Position numbers and translations under genes: made by a program. From assembly GCA_964011795.1 (NCBI GenBank), contig CAXGQC010000003.1, forward strand, positions 1 through 47,693: DNA of 47,693 nt. The letters are read 5' to 3'. Numbering within the stretch: the stretch's first letter is position 1; every line of letters starts with the position of its first letter. The notes below the pieces were generated by a model that was not told the DNA's origin, made no database searches, and worked only from the letters and a program-made list of their open reading frames with translations. Source of the DNA: an uncultured bacterium. GTDB lineage: Bacteria > Chloroflexota > Dehalococcoidia > UBA2979. Shown here in pieces: positions 28,720 to 37,096 of this stretch.

Positions 28720-30879
28720 TTAGTCATAGCTCCCGATCTGTTCAGCCGAGACGTTAAAGGCGTCTAAGTTTGACATTAGAATAGCCTTAATCTCAGCTCC
28801 AGCCGCACTTGGCTGGCTCTGTGATAGATCAAAGATAGATCCTATCCGCTTCGCAGAAGCCGCATCGGCCTTAGCCAATATCGGCTCAATCACACGGTAG
28901 AAGGCCCAGCCTTCTGCCTGGTGAATACGAGCAGCTTCCATATCGCCATCGGCGATATCAGAATCCACCTTTAATGCGTATTTGATCGACGCCTGTATGT
29001 ACGGAATTAACATCACGTCAATCGTCTGATCTGCAACACCCTGCAGACGAGGTTCACCCATGTGGGTCAAGCCATACTGCATGTTTGCGAGTACAGTGTC
29101 GTTCACAGTAGACCCAGTGCCGAAGTCCTTACCACGCTTGTCAGCGGTAGCAAATGGACAATCACCTGAAGAATCACCGTGATAGAAGGCCCATGCCTCG
29201 TCCCAGTTGTGAGGAGCTCCACTAGCCGGGTCAATGTTCCCGTCAGCTGACTTTTCAGCGGCTACAACCAATTCATGGATGGTCCAAGCCATCATAATCT
29301 GGTTCATGATCCCCTTCTGGATACCCTGTCGTCGCACGAGGTCGGCTTCACCAGCGAATGCACCAGTGCCGTCAATAGCGCTCATAGCGAACGTATTTAA
29401 CCAGTTTTCGTCACCGTAGTAACTGACGTAGTCATTCCAAATCGCTTCATCACGATTGGAAGTCGCAAATCCACCAATAGTGCGGACACTACCACTGGAC
29501 TTTACAGAATGCTTACCATTCTGATAAATATCCTTGATTGCAGCGTAATCAATAGCTGCATCTTTTGGCAGCAGATTGTTTATCTCATCAACATCAAGAC
29601 ATACTTTCGCGTGACTAGCTACGTCTGAAACAGGTGTATAGCCTCCCATTGGTCCACTAGCTTCTGCTGAAGAATCGCTAGTGCCGGAATTCGAACCTGA
29701 ACCCGATCCTGAACCCGCCATGTCACCAGAACCCTCATAGCTCCCGATCTGTTCAGCCGAGACATTAAAGGCGTCTAGATGTGACATCAAAATAGCGGTG
29801 ATTTCACGCCCAGCCGCACTTGGCTGGCTCTGAGACAAATCGAGAATAGATCCTATCCGCTTCGCGGAAGCCGCATCGGACTTGGCCAATATCGGCTCAA
29901 TCACGCGGTAGAAAGCCCAGCCTTCTGCCTGATGAATACGAGCAGCATCCATATCGCCACCAGCAATATCAGAGTCAATCTTCAATGCGTACTTGATCGT
30001 CGCCTGGATGTACGGAATTAACATCACGTCAAACGTCTGATCTGCGACATCTTGAAAACGTGGTTCACTTATGTGAGCCAGACCATAATTCATGTATGTG
30101 AGCACTGTATCGTTCACAGTAGAACCAGTGCCGAAGTCTTTACCACGTTTGTCAGCAGTAGCAAATGGACAGTCACCTGGAGAATCACCGTGATAGAAGG
30201 CCCATGCCTCATCCCAGTTGTGCGGAGCACCCTTCGCAGGGTCGACATTACCGTCAGCTGACTTCTCAGCGGCAACCACTAATTCGTGGATTGTCCAAGC
30301 CATCATGACCTGGTTCATAATCCCCTTCTGGATACCCTGTCGTCGCACCAAGTCCGATTCACCAGCGAATGCACCAGTACCGTCAATAGCGCTCATAACG
30401 AATGTATTTAACCAAGTCGAGTCACCGTAGTAACTGACATAGTCATTCCAAATCGCTTCATCACGCTCAGACTGAGCAAATCCACCAATAGTGCGGACAC
30501 TACCACTGGACTTTACAGAATGCTTACCATTCTGATAAATATCCTTGATTGCAGCGTAATCAATAGCTGCATCTTTTGGCAGCAGATTGTTTATCTCATC
30601 AACATCAAGACATACTTTCGCATGACTTGATACGTCTGATGCCGGGGTATAACCACCAAATGCTGCCGTCGCCTCACCTGATGAACCTCCAGTACCAGAA
30701 TTTGAATCCGATCCTGATCCTGATCCTGATCCTGATCCTGATCCTGAGCCCGAGCCCGAACTACTTATTTCCTTCACTTCACCGGGGCGATCTTCGCCAT
30801 CACATGCCACTGAAAACATCAGCGCCGTGACCAGTAGTAGTGAAAGAATAAGCGACCATCTCATGTGTAATTTCTTCAC
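28720..30879 (-). CDS. FEA1-like (low-iron-inducible) lipoprotein with two tandem ~337-aa domains
   Basis: GTG 30879 after GGGAG; signal peptide and lipobox FSVA-C; Ser/Gly linker. Each repeat has HAKV, WTIHEL, PHNWDEAWAFY, ADKRGKDF, YIQA, HQAEGWAFY. Family assignment is from recalled motifs. Confidence 0.72.
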   Translation of the reverse strand: MKKLHMRWSLILSLLLVTALMFSVACDGEDRPGEVKEISSSGSGSGSGSGSGSGSGSDSNSGTGGSSGEATAAFGGYTPASDVSSHAKVCLDVDEINNLLPKDAAIDYAAIKDIYQNGKHSVKSSGSVRTIGGFAQSERDEAIWNDYVSYYGDSTWLNTFVMSAIDGTGAFAGESDLVRRQGIQKGIMNQVMMAWTIHELVVAAEKSADGNVDPAKGAPHNWDEAWAFYHGDSPGDCPFATADKRGKDFGTGSTVNDTVLTYMNYGLAHISEPRFQDVADQTFDVMLIPYIQATIKYALKIDSDIAGGDMDAARIHQAEGWAFYRVIEPILAKSDAASAKRIGSILDLSQSQPSAAGREITAILMSHLDAFNVSAEQIGSYEGSGDMAGSGSGSGSNSGTSDSSAEASGPMGGYTPVSDVASHAKVCLDVDEINNLLPKDAAIDYAAIKDIYQNGKHSVKSSGSVRTIGGFATSNRDEAIWNDYVSYYGDENWLNTFAMSAIDGTGAFAGEADLVRRQGIQKGIMNQIMMAWTIHELVVAAEKSADGNIDPASGAPHNWDEAWAFYHGDSSGDCPFATADKRGKDFGTGSTVNDTVLANMQYGLTHMGEPRLQGVADQTIDVMLIPYIQASIKYALKVDSDIADGDMEAARIHQAEGWAFYRVIEPILAKADAASAKRIGSIFDLSQSQPSAAGAEIKAILMSNLDAFNVSAEQIGSYD
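28724..30720. repeat. Intragenic tandem duplication, period 1011 bp
   Basis: tcatagctcccgatctgttcagccgagac at 28724 and 29735; 29465-29610 identical to 30476-30621. Confidence 0.97.
30710..30757. repeat. Hexamer microsatellite (GATCCT)6(GAGCCC)2 encoding a (Ser-Gly)n linker
   Basis: Read directly from the sequence. Confidence 0.95.
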
Positions 30880-30955
30880 AAAAGTCTCCCTATCTTTTAC
30901 TTCCTTCATCTTCACTTACTAACGAGATACTTCCTTATCTCGCAATAGTCTTTTT

Positions 30956-33169
30956 TTATGGACTTAGCAACTCTCGTGCTATCCCAAGCGGTACACGCCA
31001 CAGATAGGCAAGAGAAATAAACGAGTCCCCTTGTTCCCTGTACCTATAACTAATAGGCACCTCCCTCAAAACCATATGTTTCCTGAGCAAATTGAGAGTC
31101 AAGACTTGGGCGTAGTTGTAATCGTGTATGATTTCTCCCTTTTCCAACGCATCTAAGGAAAAGGCTCTGAGTCCCGATTGTCCATCCGAAAGCCATTGGC
31201 CGGCAAGCATCGATGTTAATAACGTAAACACACGGTTACCCAGCCCTCGCCATAACGGATGATTTTTGCGCTGGCCTTTAAATCGAGATCCAATCACATA
31301 ATCAGCCTCACCCATCAAGATGGGAAATAATAGTCTGGGAATATCAGCAGGGTCATATTCGAGATCTGCATCTATATACACGGCAGCAGATGGCTTAAGT
31401 TTTGCCGCCTCAGTCATTCCCGTTCGAAGTGCTGCACCAAGTCCCTTATTCATCTCATGCAGAATCACTGACGCACCATATTGCCTGGCGATCTCAACGC
31501 TGTTGTCTGTCGATCCGTCATCAACGACGAGAATGGTGCTGTCTGCCGAAATGACTTTAGATATCTTCTGGAGTAACATCGGCAATGTTTTCACTTCGTT
31601 ATAGACAGGCACTATCACCACAATTGGGGAAGTGAATTGGGATTCGGGATCTATATCTCCTCGATGTAGAAGTGAAAGTCGGCGCCGAAGTAAATTTGCT
31701 TTCCAATTAGAAATCCACTGACGTAGGATAAGAAGCGCAAGACAAACACTCAGAACTGTCGTTAAGACTGCAAACACTGCGAATGCAGAGATCGACGATC
31801 CTGACAGGAAAGAAGAAGAGCTGAGAAATACAGAGCCGAATGTCATCAATTGTGGAAATCTCTGAACATTTGTCTTAAATCGAAGTCTCGAGGCTTCATC
31901 AAAATTAAACTCGATACTACTCAGGAAATAAGTTGTAGCTAGCAGAGCAGCCCCTAAAACAATGGGTGAACTAGCCAACATCATCAGCACCGCAAACGAA
32001 GGAATCCCAATAATCCACCACAGCAATTGCATCGATGAACTCGGTCTGAAATATGAGCCAAGAATTATGAGTGGTAACGAAAGAACAAGCGCGAACACTT
32101 GTTCACTCAACTGCGCTCCACTCACGATCACTACCGATACACTCATAATTAACAGGAGTAAGGTCGGACGTGATCCAATCCATCGAATCGGCCTCATTAC
32201 GTCAGTTAACTCACGACTATCTCTCCAATCGTAATTTCCAGTCCCCTTGAGAAGGAAGAGAGGTGCGGAACACGGAATAGCCACGAGCAGGGTGTATAGG
32301 TATTTGAGGCCGTGTGTGAAAGTAGCCAGTAACAGTGCCTCCGTGGGGTCAATCCCAGCAAGGATTAAAGCTCCTGACATCACAGCCTCATAAACCCCTA
32401 TGCCACCCGGCGTGACGTTTAAAATCTGGCTCGCAATCGTAATTGCTGTCACCGAAATTGCTAGGTAGATCGATAATTCGACGCCGGAGATTCTTGCAGC
32501 ACCAAATAACATCATGCCTTCGAACATCCAAGCCGTCAGACTGAGCACCGCGATGATAGCCAATTTGAAAAATGGGATGCTGGCAATCTCGGAGATAACA
32601 TCTGTGGTCATATTTCTTATCGCCGCAATTATTAATTTTGTTCGGGAATGTCGGCTAAGAAGTACGGTGCTGACGACCAGAATTCCCGCTAAAGCAAAAG
32701 CCGATAGTAATATGTCACGGGATATCGACATCTGACTCATATCAATATGCAGTCCTATGAAACAGGCCAATACGACCACCATAAGAAAATCAATAGACCT
32801 ACTAACGAGGCTCGACGCGACCGCCTGAGATGCTGACATTCCTGATCTCGTAGCGAGGATCGGGCGAGCCACCTCACCTGCCTTAAACGGAAGGATATGG
32901 TTGAGCACGAGAGATGCGTTAACAACACCAAACAATTTGGCCCCGGAAGTAACACTTCTCATCTCTGTGATGTACCACCAACAGAATGTTCGAACCACAA
33001 ACGCCAAAAGGTACAGACCGAACATCAGCAGTAGCAGATCGAAACGAGTTAGTGACTCTATAAATATCTCGAGTAAGCGCTGACCGTCGACTGCCTGGGC
33101 CAACAAATAAATGGCAAGAGTTCCTGTGAGGAACCCTACCACTAACCGATTTCTTAACACATGAAACAT
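30956..33169 (-). CDS. Fusion: lysylphosphatidylglycerol-synthase-type TM (flippase-like) domain, extra TM region and GT2 polyprenol-phosphate glycosyltransferase
   Basis: N-term NHILPFKAGEVARP, TPGGIGVYE. C-term IVPVYNE, VVDDGSTD, NKGLGAA, IDADLEY, IGSRF, DGQSGLRA. Confidence 0.88.
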   Translation of the reverse strand: MFHVLRNRLVVGFLTGTLAIYLLAQAVDGQRLLEIFIESLTRFDLLLLMFGLYLLAFVVRTFCWWYITEMRSVTSGAKLFGVVNASLVLNHILPFKAGEVARPILATRSGMSASQAVASSLVSRSIDFLMVVVLACFIGLHIDMSQMSISRDILLSAFALAGILVVSTVLLSRHSRTKLIIAAIRNMTTDVISEIASIPFFKLAIIAVLSLTAWMFEGMMLFGAARISGVELSIYLAISVTAITIASQILNVTPGGIGVYEAVMSGALILAGIDPTEALLLATFTHGLKYLYTLLVAIPCSAPLFLLKGTGNYDWRDSRELTDVMRPIRWIGSRPTLLLLIMSVSVVIVSGAQLSEQVFALVLSLPLIILGSYFRPSSSMQLLWWIIGIPSFAVLMMLASSPIVLGAALLATTYFLSSIEFNFDEASRLRFKTNVQRFPQLMTFGSVFLSSSSFLSGSSISAFAVFAVLTTVLSVCLALLILRQWISNWKANLLRRRLSLLHRGDIDPESQFTSPIVVIVPVYNEVKTLPMLLQKISKVISADSTILVVDDGSTDNSVEIARQYGASVILHEMNKGLGAALRTGMTEAAKLKPSAAVYIDADLEYDPADIPRLLFPILMGEADYVIGSRFKGQRKNHPLWRGLGNRVFTLLTSMLAGQWLSDGQSGLRAFSLDALEKGEIIHDYNYAQVLTLNLLRKHMVLREVPISYRYREQGDSFISLAYLWRVPLGIARELLSP

Positions 33170-33203
33170 TTGGATCTACAACACCCCGTAATTTTGCTTC
33201 CGA

Positions 33204-33225
33204 CAAATTAGCCTAGACTAATTTG
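33204..33225. promoter_or_regulatory. Candidate DtxR/MntR-family operator palindrome
   Basis: CAAATTAGCCT|AGACTAATTTG (10 of 11 pairs), between divergent GT2 and Fe-binding protein genes; contains a TTAGCCTA core like DtxR/MntR boxes. Confidence 0.65.
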
Positions 33226-33274
33226 AAATTTATGTCTATAGTAATAATTCGAACATCTTTCAACATCAATCATA

Positions 33275-34321
33275 ATGGAGTTCATAGTGCATTCAATAAA
33301 TATCTCAACCAACGTAATAAAAGCGGTCATAGCATCTTTACTGGTTGTCCTTCTACTACCTTTTGCAGCCTGCTCTCTCGTTGATTCTGATGACACACTC
33401 ACTGTGTATTCAGGACGAAGTAAAAAATTAATTGGGCCGATCCTTGAGAGATACGCTGAAGATACTGGTGTATCTATCGCAGTTCGATACGGGACGACTC
33501 CGACGATAGCGACTCTCCTTCTGGAGGAAGGTGATAAAACACCGGCTGACGTCTTCATCTCCCAGGATGCGGGCGCCTTGGGAGCACTTCAGATGAGTAA
33601 TCTCCTTCAGGAAATTGACTCTGACATACTTGAAAAAGTGTCATCAGACTACAAATCAGCAGAAAATAAATGGGTCGGACTCTCGGGTCGAGCAAGAGTC
33701 ATTGTCTACAATACTGATGCGCTGTCCCCTGAGATGTTGCCCGATACAGTGTTTGATTACACCGACCCCAGCTGGAAGGGACGCCTCGCATGGGCTCCGA
33801 GAAATGCCTCGTTCCAATCTTGGGTAACTGCCTTCCGTGTTATGCATGGAGAAGACGTCGCCGAGCAGTGGCTACTGGATATGATAGAAAATGACATCCA
33901 AACGTACCCCAACAACATCACCATTGTGGCCGCCGCCGCTCGTGGTGAAGTTGATGCAGGTTTTGTTAATCACTACTACCTAAATAATTTCTTAAAAGAA
34001 GAAGGTGAAGGCTTCAAAGCAAGAAATCACTACATGTCGGACGATATTGGGGCAATGATTAACGTAGCAGGTGCCGGCATCACAAAGTCCTCGCAAAATA
34101 AAGATCAGGCACAAAAACTTATCGACTTTTTGCTATCGCCAGCGGCACAGATGTTCTTTGTGAAAGAGAATTCGGAATATGCACTTATCGATGGGGTAGA
34201 AAGTAATCAGGGGGGAGTCAGTTCGATTGCCGAGCTCAAACCAGCCAACATCGATCTGACAAAAATCGACGACCTGCAAGGTACGGTCAACCTCCTCAAG
34301 AAAGTGGGCGCACTCAGGTAG
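33275..34321 (+). CDS. Fe(III) ABC transporter substrate-binding lipoprotein (FbpA/FutA-like)
   Basis: Lipobox FAA-C, LTVYSGR, EGDKTPADVF, RARVIVYN, NASFQ, VNHYY (Tyr-Tyr iron ligands). Alternative start GTG 33287. Confidence 0.92.
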   Translation: MEFIVHSINISTNVIKAVIASLLVVLLLPFAACSLVDSDDTLTVYSGRSKKLIGPILERYAEDTGVSIAVRYGTTPTIATLLLEEGDKTPADVFISQDAGALGALQMSNLLQEIDSDILEKVSSDYKSAENKWVGLSGRARVIVYNTDALSPEMLPDTVFDYTDPSWKGRLAWAPRNASFQSWVTAFRVMHGEDVAEQWLLDMIENDIQTYPNNITIVAAAARGEVDAGFVNHYYLNNFLKEEGEGFKARNHYMSDDIGAMINVAGAGITKSSQNKDQAQKLIDFLLSPAAQMFFVKENSEYALIDGVESNQGGVSSIAELKPANIDLTKIDDLQGTVNLLKKVGALR

Positions 34322-34343
34322 CGCAATAGTCAGGGACTGGAAT

Positions 34344-35129
34344 ATGAAAATAACAATCGCGGGGCACGGTTCGATCGGACACTATATCGAAGGAGTCTTT
34401 CAAAATCTCCACGACATCGACATTTATGACCCTGCGCTCGGACACGCAAACGCGGCCACTCTGCGAGATACTGATTTTGTCATCGTGTGCGTCCCTACCC
34501 CAACAGCAGAGGACGGATCCTGCGACACGTCCATCGTAGAAGAAATCATCTGCAAGTCAGATCCTCGGACGGCAATTATCTGTACCAGTACAGTGGCAAT
34601 CGGAACAACAGACAGACTAATCTCTACTTATCGGAAAGATATCGTTTTCGCGCCGGAATATGCCGGCGAGACTGACGAACATCCACTCCGCAATCCAAAA
34701 AACCGAAACTTCCTGTTTTTTGGTGGATACGGAACATCTCTTGATGCTGTTTCAGCTCTATTTGAAGAGTCATATAGAGACCTGGGAGCTACTCCCACGG
34801 TCAAAAAAACATCTCCCAAAAATGCCGAAATTGTAAAATATATGGAAAATTCTTTCCTCGCTACCAAGGTGGGATTCGTGAATGAATTCTATGAACTCTG
34901 TAGCTATCTCGAGGCTGATTTTGAAGAAGTACGTTCACTATGGCTCCTAGACGAGCGGGTCGGTGTAAGTCACACGATCGTTACCCCCGAGAGAGGATTC
35001 GGAGGCAAATGCCTTCCAAAAGATACAAATGCTGTCGTGGCCTCTGCCCGTTCAGTCGGTATGCACATGGAGATCATGGAAGCGGTGATCAGCGCAAACA
35101 AGACACATAGAATGAAAGGAATCTCATGA
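34344..35129 (+). CDS. Short UDP-glucose/GDP-mannose dehydrogenase-family protein lacking the C-terminal domain
   Basis: GHGSIG, CVPTP, STV, FAPEY, KYMENSFLATK, GFGGKCLPKD; ends at 261 aa. Confidence 0.85.
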   Translation: MKITIAGHGSIGHYIEGVFQNLHDIDIYDPALGHANAATLRDTDFVIVCVPTPTAEDGSCDTSIVEEIICKSDPRTAIICTSTVAIGTTDRLISTYRKDIVFAPEYAGETDEHPLRNPKNRNFLFFGGYGTSLDAVSALFEESYRDLGATPTVKKTSPKNAEIVKYMENSFLATKVGFVNEFYELCSYLEADFEEVRSLWLLDERVGVSHTIVTPERGFGGKCLPKDTNAVVASARSVGMHMEIMEAVISANKTHRMKGIS

Positions 35130-35593
35130 TGAATGGTCATTTTCTCCGGGTCACTGGCGTGGATCTCTGTCAAAGTAAAAAACACATGGCAGTTCTACTC
35201 ACAGCTGAAAATGAAAAAATTACAATAAGTCAACATGTAAGCACTGAAACCGGACAAGCCGTACTTGCCGCGCTAAATGGACTGCCTAACCTCACCCTCG
35301 ACGCGATACAGACTATGTTTAATTTATCTTGCGAGGCGAGCGTTGAATTGGTGGGTATACAAATGACCGGACATGGTGAACACATACAGAGTATCCTGCG
35401 TGCTGAATTTCCAGAGGGTATAGTTGAGTTGCCTTTACCAACAGAGGTTGCTCTCCCGATAGCGGCATCTCTGAATCTACCCGTCTTTAGAGAATCAGTT
35501 GTTTACAAAAAGCGCAATGAGAACGTACCGATTCCTTCAATTTTCAAGAGTGCCTTCGAAACCTCCAAGCCAGAAGATAATCACGACGAATAG
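35126..35593 (+). CDS. Hypothetical protein, distant DUF151 (bifunctional nuclease)-like
   Basis: ATGA overlap with the upstream gene; AVLL..ENEK and PTEVALPIAASLNLPVF resemble the DUF151 RPSDAIALA..PI region. Confidence 0.5.
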   Translation: MMNGHFLRVTGVDLCQSKKHMAVLLTAENEKITISQHVSTETGQAVLAALNGLPNLTLDAIQTMFNLSCEASVELVGIQMTGHGEHIQSILRAEFPEGIVELPLPTEVALPIAASLNLPVFRESVVYKKRNENVPIPSIFKSAFETSKPEDNHDE

Positions 35594-36968
35594 TATCTCT
35601 AGCCAAATACACACAGATAAGCAGGACTAGAAGCAGCCAAGCGATAGTGAGACTCCACGTCTCAGCAGTCCATTCCGTGTATTGAGGTAGGACCTTCCCT
35701 ACTGTCTGAAACAAAGGATTGCTCAACTCATACGGGTTATATGCGACAACGATTTCTCTTACTCCGGTCACTCCTCCGCGACCGGCCCAAATCAAAAACA
35801 CGCTGATAAGAAACCCGTATACAGACAAAAGCGCACCGGCAAACCAAAAAAATCGATTTGTTGAGTATTTCGTGCATAGAATTGCGACAGCTACAGGCAG
35901 CAATGGAAATATAGTCACGATGGTCCGGCCAGGAAACCAATAGCCCATCATCGTGATAGCTACAAAACAAGCGACCAACCATTGTGCTAGTACTAGAAGT
36001 GCTATCGCCCTGCCTTCTTGTCCCCAATTTCTCAACATAAAAAGGCCCGGTACTGCGAGTGCGATGATCGGTTGCCAATGTAACATTCCGAATCTTCGGT
36101 CAAGAAACAGTCCCCAAAGACGATAAAACCTGTCAACAACATTTATGTGAAAGCCAAATATCCTTATCGTAGAATTGTTGTAGTAGACCTTATTAACGTT
36201 GTACGGAGTTAAACCATCAAAGGTGGTCAAGTGAAACCATACATAATAAATTCCCGAAAGAAGGAGCATGCTAACTAGCTGATACTGTTGCCGCCTTTGG
36301 AGCCTTGACAGAGCATAACAGGCCAACACGACTCCTAAAATTGCGTACTTTGTGCCAAGCCAAGGCAATAGACTGATCAATACCACCAACGGCATAACCC
36401 CTAAAAATGACCTTACCTGCCGTTCCCGTGTATATAAAAGACATATCAATATCACTAGTGCGGCGGGCATCTCCGGATAAATCTCTGATCCATAGATAAT
36501 CGCCGTAGATGACAGGCCAACCACCAGCGTACCCACGGCGCCAAATAATAGAGACTTGCTGACTCGAGCAGATAATAAAAATGCGAGCGACCACGTGAAA
36601 CTGGCAGTTAACACCATCTGAATTTGAGTACCAAGAAGACCCCCCAAAATAAATCCGGGTACCAAATAGATTGGGAGAGCAGTATTGTGTGGACTGAGTA
36701 ATCTGCCATCTTCGAGTGGTACAGATTGTGTCCATAATCCGTCATCGTGGTCAAAAAACTCACGATAATCCTCGCTGGCGTACTGGTTACGGAGGTCTAA
36801 GTCTCCGTCACTAATCAAACTCTTCGTAGTCATAAGATAGAACGGCTCGTCCGCTGTGATCGACGCGCTGTAAGTGGCTCGTATATCAATTGCTGTGGCG
36901 TACACAATAGTGAACAAGAAGAAAATTGCAATGGCTATAGTTAGCTCGCGAGGGTTCATTAGTTTCAA
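35544..36968 (-). CDS. GT-C-type (ArnT/PMT-like) integral membrane glycosyltransferase
   Basis: TM1 followed by ADEPFY acidic loop motif, SLISDGDLDLRNQY, SPH, IYPE, LPWL, about 11 TM. Confidence 0.7.
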   Translation of the reverse strand: MKLMNPRELTIAIAIFFLFTIVYATAIDIRATYSASITADEPFYLMTTKSLISDGDLDLRNQYASEDYREFFDHDDGLWTQSVPLEDGRLLSPHNTALPIYLVPGFILGGLLGTQIQMVLTASFTWSLAFLLSARVSKSLLFGAVGTLVVGLSSTAIIYGSEIYPEMPAALVILICLLYTRERQVRSFLGVMPLVVLISLLPWLGTKYAILGVVLACYALSRLQRRQQYQLVSMLLLSGIYYVWFHLTTFDGLTPYNVNKVYYNNSTIRIFGFHINVVDRFYRLWGLFLDRRFGMLHWQPIIALAVPGLFMLRNWGQEGRAIALLVLAQWLVACFVAITMMGYWFPGRTIVTIFPLLPVAVAILCTKYSTNRFFWFAGALLSVYGFLISVFLIWAGRGGVTGVREIVVAYNPYELSNPLFQTVGKVLPQYTEWTAETWSLTIAWLLLVLLICVYLARDTIRRDYLLAWRFRRHS

Positions 36969-37096
36969 TCGGCAACCTTATTTTGCGCGTGGCACGCGGT
37001 AAATACGCGGACTTTCTCTGACATTCAATATATGCTTAGAATAGCAATCAGTATAGGTAGAACATTCGTTACGATTGATTAAGGTAGAAGCAAATT

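Noticed and set aside
28724-30757. Repeats as a CRISPR array or mobile element
   Set aside because: They are in-frame coding duplications and a linker microsatellite; no spacer structure and no cas genes.
21314-37000. tRNA-Gly-anchored genomic island
   Set aside because: No integrase or transposase, no repeat of the tRNA 3' end seen by eye, and no obvious compositional shift.
37059-37073. LexA (GAAC-N4-GTTC)-like box upstream of the 76-aa gene
   Set aside because: Reads GAAC-ATTC-GTTA with a mismatch in the core, and no such box was seen before nth or recG.
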